Shown here one piece after another: positions 23,201 through 35,100 of a stretch of 39,815 nt of DNA. Below the pieces are notes generated by a model, which had not been told where the DNA came from, did no database searches, and was given only the letters and a program-made list of their open reading frames with translations. The translations under genes were made by a program, and so were the position numbers. The stretch lies in the NCBI GenBank assembly GCA_002269645.1, contig NIVC01002174.1:1-39815 (forward strand), given 5' to 3'. The stretch comes from Macrostomum lignano. Lineage: Eukaryota. Positions within the stretch are counted from its first letter, which is position 1. Every line of letters starts with the position of its first letter.

Positions 23201-26200
23201 CTGGCATTCCAGCCTTCCGCCCCCTGGCATTCCAGCTTTCCGCCCCTGGCATTCCAGCCTTCCGGAGATTCACTCTGATCTCTGGAGAATTCACCTCTAA
23301 ATTCACTCTGATCTCTGGAGAATTCACCTCTAAATTCACCCTGATCTCCGAAAAGTTCACCTCTAAATTCACCCTGATCTCTGGAGAATTCACCTCTAAA
23401 TTCACCCTGATCTCTGGAGAATTCACCTCTAAATTCACCCTGATCTCTGGAGAATTCACCTCTAAATTCACCCTGATCTCTGGAGAATTCACCTCTAAAT
23501 TCACCCTGATCTCTGGAGAATTCACCTCTAAATTCACCCTGATCTCTGGAGAATTCACCTCTAAATTCACTCTGATTTCCGGAGAATTCACCTCTAAATT
23601 CACCCTGATCTCTGGAGAATTCACCTCTAAATTCACTCTGATCTCCGGAGAATTCACCTCTAAATTCACCCTGATCTCTGGAGAATTCACCTCTAAATTC
23701 ACTCTGATCTCTGGAGAATTCACCTCTAAATTCACCCTGATCTCTGGAGAATTCACCTCTAAATTCACCCTGATCTCTGGAGAATTCACCTCTAAATTCA
23801 CTCTGATCTCTGGAGAATTCACCTCTAAATTCACTCTGATCTCTGGAGAATTCACCTCTAAATTCACTCTGATCTCTGGAGAATTCACCTCTAAATTCAC
23901 CCTGATCTCTGGAGAATTCACCTCTAAATTCACCCTGATCTCTGGAGAATTCACCTCTAAATTCACCCTGATCTCTGGAGAATTCACCTCTAAATTCACT
24001 CTGATCTCTGGAGAATTCACCTCTAAATTCACCCTGATCTCTGGAGAATTCACCTCTAAATTCACCCTGATCTCTGGAGAATTCACCTCTAAATTCACCC
24101 TGATCTCTGGAGAATTCACCTCTAAATTCACCCTGATCTCTGGAGAATTCACCTCTAAATTCACCCTGATCTCTGGAGAATTCACCTCTAAATTCTCACT
24201 CTGATCTCCGGAGAATTCACCTCTAAATTCACCCTGATCTCTGGAGAATTCACCTCTAAATTCACCCTGATCTCTGGAGAATTCACCTCTAAATTCACCC
24301 TGATCTCTGGAGAATTCACCTCTAAATTCTCACTCTGATCTCCGGAGAATTCACCTCTAAATTCACCCTGATCTCTGGAGAATTCACCTCTAAATTCACT
24401 CTGATTTCCGGAGAATTCACCTCTAAATTCTCACCCTGATCTCTGGAGAATTCACCTCTAAATTCTCACTCTGATCTCCGGAGAATTCACCTCTAAATTC
24501 TCACTCTGATCTCCGGAGAATTCACCTCTAAATTCTCACCCTGATCTCTGGAGAATTCACCTCTAAATTCTCACTCTGATCTCCGGAGAATTCACCTCTA
24601 AATTCTCACTCTGATCTCCGGAGAATTCACCTCTAAATTCTCACCCTGATCTCTGGAGAATTCACCTCTAAATTCACCCTGATCTCCGGAGAATTCACCT
24701 CTAAATTCACTCTGATCTCCGGAGAATTCACCTCTAAATTCTCACTCTGATCTCCGGAGAATTCACCTCTAAATTCTCACTCTGATCTCCAGAGAATTCA
24801 CCTCTAAATTCACCCTGATCTCTGGAGAATTCACCTCTAAATTCACCCTGATCTCTGGAGAATTCACCTCTAAATTCACTCTGATCTCCGGAGAATTCAC
24901 CTCTAAATTCACTCTGATCTCTGGAGAATTCACCTCTAAATTCTCACTCTGATCTCCGGAGAATTCACCTCTAAATTCACTCTGATTTCCGGAGAATTCA
25001 CCTCTAAATTCACCCTGATCTCTGGAGAATTCACCTCTAAATTCACTCTGATTTCCGGAGAATTCACCTCTAAATTCTCACTCTGATCTCCGGAGAATTC
25101 ACCTCTAAATTCTCACTCTGATCTCCGGAGAATTCACCTCTAAATTCACTCTGATCTCCGGAGAATTCACCTCTAAATTCACTCTGATCTCCGGAGAATT
25201 CACCTCTAAATTCACCCTGATCTCTGGAGAATTCACCTCTAAATTCACCCTGATCTCTGGAGAATTCACCTCTAAATTCACTCTGATTTCCGGAGAATTC
25301 ACCTCTAAATTCTCACTCTGATCTCCGGAGAATTCACCTCTAAATTCTCACTCTGATCTCCGGAGAATTCACCTCTAAATTCACTCTGATCTCCGGAGAA
25401 TTCACCTCTAAATTCACTCTGATCTCCGGAGAATTCACCTCTAAATTCACCCTGATCTCTGGAGAATTCACCTCTAAGTTCACCCTGAACTCAGCTCATA
25501 CAAAGCCGCAAGAGGCTGTCAGCGGCGCAGCATTTACCTGAGCCCCCCGTCCCCATTGCCGCAAGCAGCAGCCCGAGACCCCGCACCGGTTCCGCGATCG
25601 AACCACTCGCTACCAGCGGGAGGTTGATCACAATCGAGCTTTCGAATGCAGCGCCGAAACGGACAGGATGGTACTCTGATGGAGTAAAGCTGCCTACTTA
25701 GTAGATTTAGACTAGCATGTCCGCTATGAGCTACTGATGACTAATTTCAGTAGAGTAATGCGCATTTAATTGCTTTTAAATTCTTTTCGATTGATTATTC
25801 GGTTGCCTAAGCAATGTTATGCAGCTACTCTTATTGATCACACGCCCTCTGCTCAACCATCAGCTGACCAGCCTCAATAACCAGGCGGCCGGACTCACCG
25901 CCGAGTGCGTTGCCAATAGAAACAATTTAAACAAAAGAACCTGCGGCAGCCTCTCTGCTGAGCGGCCAGTCGCCTCCGTGCGCGTGATTGCTTTTATTGA
26001 TTCCACAGAGTTCCTGTTTATTATAAGCTTTTTTGTTTCGGTTTGGTTCTGACTGATGTTTGGACTTGCTGGACCAGCCTCCCAGATCCTCAGTTGCCAG
26101 ACCAGCCTCCCAGATCCTCAGTTGCCGGGCCAGCCTCCCAGATCCTCAGTTGCCGGGCCAGCCTCCCAGATCCTCAGTTGCCGGGCCAGCCTCCCAGATC

Positions 26201-26818
26201 CTCAGTTGCCGGGCCAGCCTCCCAGATCCTCAGTTGCCGGGCCAGCCTCCCAGATCCTCAGTTACTATGCCAGCCTCCCAGATCCTCAGTTGCTATGTCA
26301 GCCTCCCAGATCCTCAGTTGCTATGTCAGCCTCCCAGATCCTCAGTTGCTATGCCAGCCTCCCAGATCCTCAGTTACTATGCCAGCCTCCCAGATCCTCA
26401 GTTGCCGGGCCAGCCGGTCAGATCCGCCGCTATTTCCCCCCATCCTATTGATTGTCCAGTGGCTGCTGGTTGCCCGCTCCCATAGCTACAACTGAGTTGC
26501 TATCTCACGATCCTAAAAGGCCATTCAATTCAATCGCGTGACCCCTTCCGCCCCCAGGTGATCAGTTCCATGGCCTTCGACCAGGTGGGCGGCGGAGACG
26601 CGGCAGGCGCCGGCCAGACGTCCCGCCAGCCAATCGCGGCGGCCGGCGCCGACGCCGGAGGCGATCAGGAGGCCGACGAGGTGGGCAGCGGCGAGGCGAA
26701 GTGCTGCTTCTTCAGGCGGCGACGCAGGGCTGGGAAGAAGGCGCAAGAGCAGCAGCAGCAGCGCGCGGCGGCTGGCAAAAGCCGGGCTGATCAGCATTTG
26801 CATGCGCCGCTCGCGTAG
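20260..26818 (+). CDS. CSNK1G: Casein kinase 1 gamma (gilgamesh-like); exons 20260(or 20326)-20742, 21048-21282, 21815-21985, 22613-22767, 23070-23135, [possible exon ~25520-25680], 25864-25983, 26558-26818
   Basis: [108 protein letters not shown] and the C-terminal [11 protein letters not shown] motif typical of CK1-gamma. Canonical splice sites with consistent phases. Confidence 0.95.
20710..21000 (+). repeat. 40-bp tandem repeat made of the exon-1 end plus its splice donor (7 donors)
   Basis: Unit GTGAGTGCTCAAGACTGTGCTCATGATTGCTGTACAACTG; GTGAGT at 20743, 20783, 20823, 20863, 20903, 20943, 20983. Confidence 0.97.
21323..21628. repeat. 35/37-bp minisatellite in CK1 intron 2 (~8 copies)
   Basis: Unit GTGGGTCAGCTGACCCATCGAGTATCCAATTCAGCTT, containing the 14-bp palindrome GGGTCAGCTGACCC. 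Confidence 0.95.
22060..22595. repeat. 29-bp minisatellite in CK1 intron 3 (~18 copies)
   Basis: Unit CACTTCCCGATCCCAAATATCCTATCTGT with minor variants. Confidence 0.97.
23163..23260. repeat. 22-bp repeat (~4.5 copies)
   Basis: Unit TTCCAGCTTTCCGCCCCTGGCA. Confidence 0.9.
23261..25489. repeat. 33/35-bp satellite (~67 copies, 2.2 kb) in CK1 intron 5
   Basis: Unit GAGAATTCACCTCTAAATTCACCCTGATCTCTG (one GAATTC per unit). A 35-bp variant with a CT insertion appears from ~24190. Confidence 0.98.
26070..26420. repeat. 28-bp minisatellite in the last CK1 intron (~12 copies)
   Basis: Unit GCCAGCCTCCCAGATCCTCAGTTGCCGG. Confidence 0.95.
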
Positions 26819-26974
26819 CGCCGCCGTAGAGGGCGCGCGTCACAGGCGCTTCGGTCTGCTGTTTTTTGGCGAAACTCAGAATTTTCCTTTTTCATTTTCT
26901 TGGTTCGCATTCGCCTACTTCAAGTAGGCAAGTTTGGGACTCCAGCGTGTACTGGGGGTAGAATTTGATAAAAT

Positions 26975-27205
26975 GCTGCAGATTGGCTATTAGTTTCATC
27001 AGTATTGACAGATTGGCTGGCAGTTTTGAGTATTGGCAGATTGGCAGGTAGTTTTGAGTATTGGCAGATTGGCAGGTAGTTTTGAGTATTGGCAGATTGG
27101 CAGGTAGTTTTGAGTATTGGCAGATTGGCTAGCAGTTTCATGAGTATTGGCAGATTGGCTAGCAGTTTCATGAGTATTGGCAGATTGGCTGGTAGTTTCA
27201 TGAAT
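26975..27205. repeat. 28-30-bp minisatellite (~8 copies)
   Basis: Unit TTGGCAGATTGGCAGGTAGTTTTGAGTA and 30-bp variants. Confidence 0.92.
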
Positions 27206-27524
27206 ATTGGCAGAGGATCGGCCCGCAAGCTCAGCTATTTTACCTCGCTGAAACTAAAGGCCGCTTACTTTTATTGGAGACAAAACCCAATATTGTAACT
27301 CACTGCCCCGCTGCTTCCGCTGCAGCTTCTGCGACTGCAGCTTTTGCTTTGCTTTGCAAATTTCTGCCGTTTTTGTTATTTTTATCTACTGTAGCTTCCG
27401 CCATGCGATGGTCTGAGGGGTCGAGTGGGAAGATTCTGGCCTGCCAAAATTTCATATTGGAGGCCTCTCAATCATAGTATCGGCGCCTAGTAGTCACGCA
27501 TTTGTGGTAGGCTTTGAGGACTAC

Positions 27525-27770
27525 TCAGGGTAGATTTTGAAACTACTTGGGGTAGATTCTGGGACTATTTAGGGTAGATTCTGGGACTACTTGGGGTAGA
27601 TTCTGGGACTATTTAGGGTAGATTCTTGGACTACTTGGGGTAGATTCTGGGACTACCTAGGGTAGATTCTGGGACTACTTAGGGTAGATTCTGGGACTAC
27701 TTAGGGTAGATTCTGGGACTACTTAGGGTAGATTCTGGGCCTGCTTAGGGTAGATTCGGAGACTACTCAG
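27525..27770. repeat. 23-bp minisatellite (~10 copies)
   Basis: Unit GGGTAGATTCTGGGACTACTTAG. Confidence 0.93.
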
Positions 27771-28099
27771 AGTGGGTTAAAAATCAGCGTTCCCCCTACT
27801 CGATCCCCTGGCCATTCCTCAGACATGAATCCGTACGCGGAGACAGACATGGCTTACACAGAGTTCAAAGTATTTGACAACTGCATAAATGTACTTTAGC
27901 CGTCCGCATCGGACCAAAATGAGAGCCTCTTGGCTCTGCAGCTGCAGACACCAGTTCAAGCTGGGCGTTGCCTGCCGCTGTATTGCATAACGAACTTGAT
28001 GTCTCCAGATTCCAATTGCGCGGTTTTTTATCACTTTTGTGTTTGTAACTAATTTTGCTTCCAGTTTTTATCCTTGTGCTCATTATTATCGGAATTATA

Positions 28100-28735
28100 G
28101 TCGGCATTGAGCCCGGGTGAGACTCTCAGCTCCCAGTACTGTGAGACTGTCGGCATTGAGCCCAGGTGAGACTCTCAGCTCCCAGTACTGTGAGATTGTC
28201 GGCATTGAGCCCGGGTGAGACTCTCAGCTCCCAGTACTGTGAGATTGTCGGCATTGAGCCCGGGTGAGACTCTCAGCTCCCAGTACTGTGAGACTGTCGG
28301 CATTGAGCCCGGGTGAGACTCTCAGCTCCCAGTACTGTGAGATTGTCGGCATTGAGCCCGGGTGAGACTCTCAGCTCCCAGTACTGTGAGATTGTCGGCA
28401 TTGAGCCCGGGTGAGACTCTCAGCTCCCAGTACTGTGAGATTGTCGGCATTGAGCCCGGGTGAGACTCTCAGCTCCCAGTACTGTGAGATTGTCGGCATT
28501 GAGCCCGGGTGAGACTCTCAGCTCCCAGTACTGTGAGATTGTCGGCATTGAGCCCGGGCGGGACTCTCAGCTCCCAGTACTGTGAGATTGTCGGCATTGA
28601 GCCCGGGTGAGACTCTCAGCTCCCAGTACTGTGAGATTGTCGGCATTGAGCCCGGGTGGGACTCTCAGCTCCCAGTACTGTGAGATTGTCGGCATTGAGC
28701 CCGGGTGGGACTCTCAGCTCCCAGTACTGTGTGAT
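28100..28735. repeat. 49-bp minisatellite (~13 copies)
   Basis: Unit GTCGGCATTGAGCCCGGGTGAGACTCTCAGCTCCCAGTACTGTGAGATT, nearly invariant. Confidence 0.97.
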
Positions 28736-29029
28736 TGCTCGGTGACAACATTTTTTAACTCAATCATTTTAGCGTCACCAGTCTTAGTCTGTGAATTCAG
28801 TTTTACACCAATTAAACTGCCATTTTTACCTGTTCAAAGTCGATAATAAAAGATTATAATTTTTAGAATCGCACGCGCGCATATCAGTAGTATGTGAGCG
28901 AATTGAAAATGCTTTGTATTACAAATAAATTCATTTATTTATCAGTTTCTTGGCAGCCTGCGCGGAGGCAGATTTTCTAATTACTGCAACTGAAGTTCGT
29001 GCGGCTTATTTCACCACCTGATTTGCTGA

Positions 29030-29760
29030 CTTGAGTGAGTGCCAGTGTGTGCAGGAGTGATTTCCACTGTGTGCAGGAGTGGGTGCCAGTGTGTGTAGGA
29101 GTGGGTGCCAGTGTGTGCAGGAGTGATTTCCACTGTGTGCAGGAGTGGGTGCCAGTGTGTGCAGGAGTGGGTGCCAGTGTGTGCAGGAGTGGGTGCCAGT
29201 GTGTGCAGGAGTGATTTCCACTGTGTGCAGGAGTGATTTCCACTGTGTGCAGGAGTGGGTGCCAGTGTGTGCAGGAGTGGGTGCCAGTGTGTGCAGGAGT
29301 GGGTGCCAGTGTGTGCAGGAGTGATTTCCACTGTGTGCAGGAGTGATTTCCACTGTGTGCAGGAGTGGGTGCCAGTGTGTGCAGGAGTGGGTGCCAGTGT
29401 GTGCAGGAGTGGGTGCCAGTGTGTGCAGGAGTGATTTCCACTGTGTGCAGGAGTGATTTCCACTGTGTGCAGGAGTGGGTGCCAGTGTGTGCAGGAGTGA
29501 GTGCCAGTGTGTGCAGGAGTGAGTGCCAGTGTGTGCAGGAGTGAGTGCCAGTGTGTGCAGGATTAGGTGCCAGTGTGTGCAGGAGTGAGTGCCAGTGTGT
29601 GCAGGAGTGAGTGCCAGTGTGTGCAGGATTGGGTACCAGTGTGTGCAGGAGTGAGTGCCAGTGTGTGCAGGAGTGGGTGCCAGTGTGTGCAGGAGTGGGT
29701 GCCACTGTGTGCAGGAGTGAGTGCCAGTGTGTGCAGGAGTGAGTGCCAGTGTGTGCAGCA
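29030..29760. repeat. 22-bp minisatellite with two unit types (~33 copies)
   Basis: Units GTGCCAGTGTGTGCAGGAGTGG and ATTTCCACTGTGTGCAGGAGTG, interspersed. Confidence 0.97.
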
Positions 29761-30349
29761 GGTGTTCCTGAATTGTCAGCCTGCACACACTGACACACAT
29801 TGTGTCAGTCAGTGGGACAAAAGTCAGTTTGAGCTGGTCTGCTAATCAACTACTAATTTTTCATTACACAGTTTCTGGAGGCTAATAAATTTTTTACAGT
29901 AATTTCACCAGCTTGTAAGAGTGGATTGGGGTGCATCACAATGCAATGTTAAGCAGTGGATTTTCGTCTTTGTACGCTCGTGGCTGCCTCAACAGGTCGG
30001 GCAAAAGGCGATTTGCTCCTACAGTATGGGAAATCTCAGACTGCAAGGTAGGTCTCGCCAGTCGGCCTCTCCCATTTAAAAATTATCGATTTTCGATCCT
30101 CTCCGCTCTCACTCTGACTGGCATGACTGCCTCCCGGGGGGGGGGGGGGAGCTGCTGAGTGTTCTGGGGTTGGCAGCCTTTGGAAAGGAGTAGCGGAGCG
30201 GTGGCCCCAATATGCCAGACTGTGCGACTCCCGCAGCGTATTAGGGAGTGAACTATTCCCTTAGGAAGCCACTGGTAATCCCGTCTGCTCAATGGGCGTC
30301 GCCTTAACTGTGATTGAATTCTGAACTGCCGGGATCTGAGCCGCTGTCA

Positions 30350-30537
30350 GCAGCAGGCGCCAGGAGTTGGAGATCCCCAGATTCGGCCGGCCGCCCTCCC
30401 AGCTGCTGCCTGCCGGTGGCGGCGCCGGGCCCAGCAGCGGCCTGCAGAGCCACGCAATGCTGGACTTCAGGCGGACGCGATGGCGCCAGCGAAATCTGAT
30501 GAGCATGACGGATGACGAGCTGCGGCCTTTTATAGGC
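30350..30537 (+). CDS. Candidate upstream exon of the coiled-coil gene (…ELEIPRFGRPPSQLLPAGGG…NLMSMTDDELRPFIG)
   Basis: GC-rich open frame ending at GGC|GTGAGC and immediately followed by a repeat. Its phase does not join directly to the 32192 exon, so the link is unresolved. Confidence 0.4.
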
Positions 30538-30589
30538 GTGAGCCGCCTGCTGCCCGTGAGACTGCTTTGGATGAGTTTTGGTGGCGTGC

Positions 30590-30845
30590 CTAACAGGATA
30601 CCGTGTCTAGCAGGGTTGGCGTGTCTAACAGGCGCTGTGTCTAACAGGGTGCTCTGTCTAACAAGGTTGGCGTGTCTAACAGGGGGATGTGATTGTCTAA
30701 CAGGGTTGGCGTGTCTAACAGGCGCTGTGTCTAACAGGGTTGGCATGTCTAGCAGGGTGCAGTGTCTAACGGGGAGGCGTACATGTATCTCCGTCTAACA
30801 GGGAAATGTCTATGCATAACAGGGTGATGTGTTTGTCTAACAATC
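30590..30845. repeat. Degenerate ~18-20-bp repeat with core TGTCTAACAGG
   Basis: Core recurs more than 10 times with variable spacers. Confidence 0.85.
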
Positions 30846-31424
30846 AGGTAGAGCAGTGTATCTATCTAAAAGACAATCATGTGTCAGTCTGCTCCTCTGG
30901 CAGCCACAGTACAAGTAGGCAGAAAAGCCTGTACCCCACCGTAGGTTTCAAGCACTAACAGGTAGCAATGTCTCCGAATAACACAGAGCCACAGGTTAAT
31001 AAACGCATGCGCAAGAAAAGCTTTTAGCAAAATTAGTGCAATTTTTTGTCGCGTAAAAGTGGAGCTTTAGAATAGAATTGGCCAGCTCTGCTGCATAAAA
31101 AATACCCACCCAGCAACTGCCTGGTGTGCGTTTCAAATGAGCTCTTTGCTCAGCTTTGCCCCCTCCCCACCTCGCCAGTGCTCAAAACTGCTCTTCACTC
31201 CGCATTGTTGCTCTTTGAGAATCCAAAATGCAATCCTCGGGTCTGCGCTGGACCTGCTTAAATAAACGGGGCAGCAGAGGCGGTGCTTTAGCTGACACTG
31301 TATAGAGACTGAGCTGCTCAGCTGCATCAATTTGAGCTTTGAGCTATGCTGGCACACAGCACCCTGCTGCTGTCCACCGCTGCGACTGCGGGCGGCAGGC
31401 AGCGCCTGAGAAGAGTAGCTGGAA

Positions 31425-31945
31425 GTAGAGTAAGTAGGGCAGGGAGTAGGCGGTGAGTAGGCAGTGAGTAGGCAGGGAGTAGGCAGCGAGTAGGCAGGGA
31501 GTAGGGCAGTGAGTAGGCAGTGAGTAGGCAGTGAGTAGGCAGTGAGTAGGCAGAGAGTAGGCAGTGAGTAGGCAGTGAGTAGGGCAGGGAGTAGGGCAGG
31601 GAGCAGGCAGTGAGTAGGGCAGGGAGTAGGCAGTGAGTAGGGCAGGGAGTAGGCAGTGAGTAGGCAGAGAGTAGGCAGTGAGTAGGGCAGTGAGTAGGCA
31701 GTGAGTAGACAGTGAGTAGGCAGTGAGTAGGCAGTGAGTAGGCAGTGAGTAGGGCAGGGAGTAGGCAGTGAGTAGGCAGTGAGTAGGGCAGGGAGTAGGC
31801 AGTGAGTAGGCAGTGAGTAGGGCAGGGAGTAGGCAGTGAGTAGGGCAGTGAGTAGGGCAGTGAGTAGGGCAGTGAGTAGGCGGTAAGTAGACAGTGAGTA
31901 GGGCAGTGAGTAGGCAGTGAGTAGACCGTGAGTAGGGCAGTGATG
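31425..31945. repeat. 11-12-bp minisatellite GCAGTGAGTAG(G) (~45 copies)
   Basis: Begins at a GTAAGTAGGGC donor-like site; most units contain GTGAGT. Confidence 0.95.
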
Positions 31946-32191
31946 CAGTTTACGCAAAGCAGTAAAATTGTCGATCACAACTCTCCAATCCCATTCATTG
32001 GATTTCAGAGAGCGTACGACGGGATTGACAATGCTGCCATGGGGTGAGCGGTGGCAGTAAAGTCCACTAACTTTTTAGAAAATATTTTAGCATTTTCACT
32101 GTACTCCAGTTTTCACATACTGCACTGTTGCTAGGAGATTTTGAAGTCTCGAGCTTGTCACCCCCATACTCGGCATCCCTTCAAACCCCAG

Positions 32192-35100
32192 CAGCATCCA
32201 GCTCAGCCTCAACGACCCGTCCAGATCCCGACGCTCGGGAGACTTCACCGACCAGCAGCAGCAGCAGCAGCCGCAGCTGTACGCTGACTACCGGAGGCGC
32301 TCACTGACCGCGGACAGCGACACCACCAGCCTGGGGCGCGGTCGGGACGGCGCTAAGGGGTGATTAAAATTGCTCATAACTGTATTATTATGAAACTACA
32401 TAATACACTCTGAAGTGCCTAATATCCTCTTATAGCAGAGCTAAGCTGCTTTAAAGTATTTGAGATACTCTAAAGCACATAAGACACCCTAAAGGTGGAT
32501 AAGGTACCCTAAAAGTGCATAAGATACTCTAAAAGTGCATGAGATACTCTAAAAGTGCATAAGATACCCTAAAGGTGGATAAGATACCCTAAAAGTGCAA
32601 AGATACCCTAAAAGGGCATAAGATACCCTTAAGGTGTCTAGGATACCCTAAAAGTGTATAAGATACCCTAAAAGTGCATAAGATACATTAAAGTGCCTAA
32701 GATACCCTAAAAGTGCATAAGATATTCTAAAAGTGCAAAAGATACCCTAAAGTGCGCAAGATACTCTTAAGTGAGCATCCAAAATACTGGTCAAAGTCTC
32801 GTCAAAGTATCCGCTTGAGTTTGATTCCGTGCACGGCGCGCGCATGAGGCCTGACGATGAGAGAAAGCCAGCCGCTGTTACACCCTGTGTGAGCGTGTCC
32901 GTGTGCATGCTCAGGATATGAGCGTGACTGCTGGCCTAATTAAGGGCTGACTGGCTCGAGCCCACCTGAGAACTGACCCGCTAGCAACTGAACCGCCCCC
33001 CCGCCAGCCTCCCCAGCACCACGCCGGTCGGCTCGTACATCAGCGGCGTCCTCGGCGGCTCGCTGCATCCCGGCCTGGCCGCCGACGATCTGGCGGACGA
33101 TGCCGAGGCTGCCGACGTGCAAGACGAGGACGCGAAGAGCGCGGCAGATTCGGCTAGCGAGGCGGTGGTGCGGCTTCGAGCGGAGAACGCGCGCCTGGCC
33201 GAGCGGCTGCGCAGCGCCGAGCAGCGGGCGCGCCAGGCCGAGAGAGAGCGCCTAGCCCTGGCGGAGCGGGCGTTGGCGACAGCCGGCGAGCTGGACGAGG
33301 CGCGCGAGGAGCTGCGCGAGGAGCAGCGGCTGGCGGCCGGCTTGAAACGGCAGTTGGAGTCGGAGAGAGCGGCGAGACCCGAGTGAGTGACTGAGAGGTG
33401 TGACCGATAAGAGTGACTGAGAGGTGTGACCGATGAGAGTGACCGATGAGAGTGACTGATGAGAGTGACTGATGAGAGTGACTGATGAGAGTGACTGATG
33501 AGAGTGACCGATGAGAGTGACCGATGAGAGTGACCGATGAGAGTGATCGATGAGAGTGACCGATGAGAGTGATCGATGAGAGTGAGTGATGAGAGTGACT
33601 GATGAGGTGACCGATGAGAGTGACTGATGAGAGTGACCGATGAGAGTGATCGATGAGAGTGACTGATAAGAGTAGGCAATTAAAATTGACAACATTAAGA
33701 GTGACCAACACGAGAGTCATTCAAGACCCGTTTAACTCCCCAGCCCCTCGGAGTCGCCGCAGTCACCGCCAGGCAGTTCGCTGGACGCGGAGCTGGAGCG
33801 GGCGAACCGGCGGGCCGGCAGCCTGGAGCGCAGCCTCCAGGAGATGCAGCGCCGGCTGCTGCTGGCCGAAAGTCGCCAGGTTGGCGCTGACAATGAAGCG
33901 GCAGCAGCAGCGGCTTCTGACGATCTGGAAGCCGCGCCGTCGACGTCCCCGATGGATCCCGCAGCGGCCCTGGCTGTCGGCGCCATGTCGCAGGCGGTCG
34001 CCGATTTACGCGCCGATTCAGAGGCGCTGCGGCGCCGGGCGGCCCGCGACGAGTTGGCACGCAAGCGCCGGCTGGAAGAGGTGGAAGAAAAGGCGGCGGA
34101 CGGGCAGCGGGCGAGTGAAGAGGCACTGCTATCCGTGTCGCTGGGGCTCGAGTCCGCCAGGGCGCAGAACGCCGAGCTGAGGCAGCTGCTGGAGCGGAGC
34201 GAGGCTGCGCGGGCGGGACAGAGTCGGAAGCTGGGGAGGCTGCAGGTGAGCCGGAAGCTGGGGAGGCTGCAGGTGAGCCGGAAGCTGGGGAGGCTGCAGA
34301 TGAGCCGGAAGCTGGGGAGGCTGCAGGTGAGCCGGAAGCTGGGGAGGCTGCAGGTGAGCCGGAAGCTGGGGAGGCTGCAGGTGAGCCGGAAGCTGGGGAG
34401 GCTGCAGGTGAGCCTGAGCTGGGGAGGCTGCAGGTGAGCCGGAAGCTGGGGAGGCTGCAGATGAAGCTTATGAAGCTCCAGAGAGACTCAAGTATCAGTG
34501 GAATCTCTGTCCAATCCTCAGGAGGACTTCGGCCAGCTGCAGGAGTCCCAGTCGGGCCTGGAGGCCTGGGCCGCCCAGGTGGCCGCAGGGCGCGAGGACC
34601 TGCGGCAGCTCGGCGAGGCAAACAGCGAACTGCGCGCCCGGCTGGACTGGCTGGAGCGCGGGCTGGACGGCCTGGGCGCGGAGCTGCGGGCCGCGCGAGC
34701 CGAGGCGGCGAGGCGCAGCGAGCGGTGCCGCCGGCTGGCCGAGGAGGCGGCGCGAGCTCGCCAGGCCGAGGAGAAGTCGGGGCGGGCGGCGGCGGCGGCG
34801 TCGGCGACTCTCGGCCGGGTGGCGGCGGAGCACCGATCACTTCGCCGGCGGCTGGGTGCGGCTGCGGAGGCGGCGGAGGCGGCCGGGGCTGCGAAGGTGG
34901 CGCGGCAGCTGCGGGAGCTGGCGGGGTCGCTGAGCGCTGAATTTCAGGTGCGGCGTTTTGGTGGGGCGATAGGGATGTCAGGAGAATGAAGGGGATGTCA
35001 GGAGAATGAAGGGGATGTCAGGAGAATGAAGGGGATGTCAGGAGAATGAAGGGGATGTCAGGAGAATGAAGGGGATGTCAGGAGAATGAAGGGGACGTCA

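Noticed and set aside
22041-25302. Long track ORFs (209 aa, 178 aa, 341 aa [11 protein letters not shown] repeats)
   Set aside because: They are translations of intronic minisatellites with stop-free units, lying inside CK1 introns or antisense to the gene.
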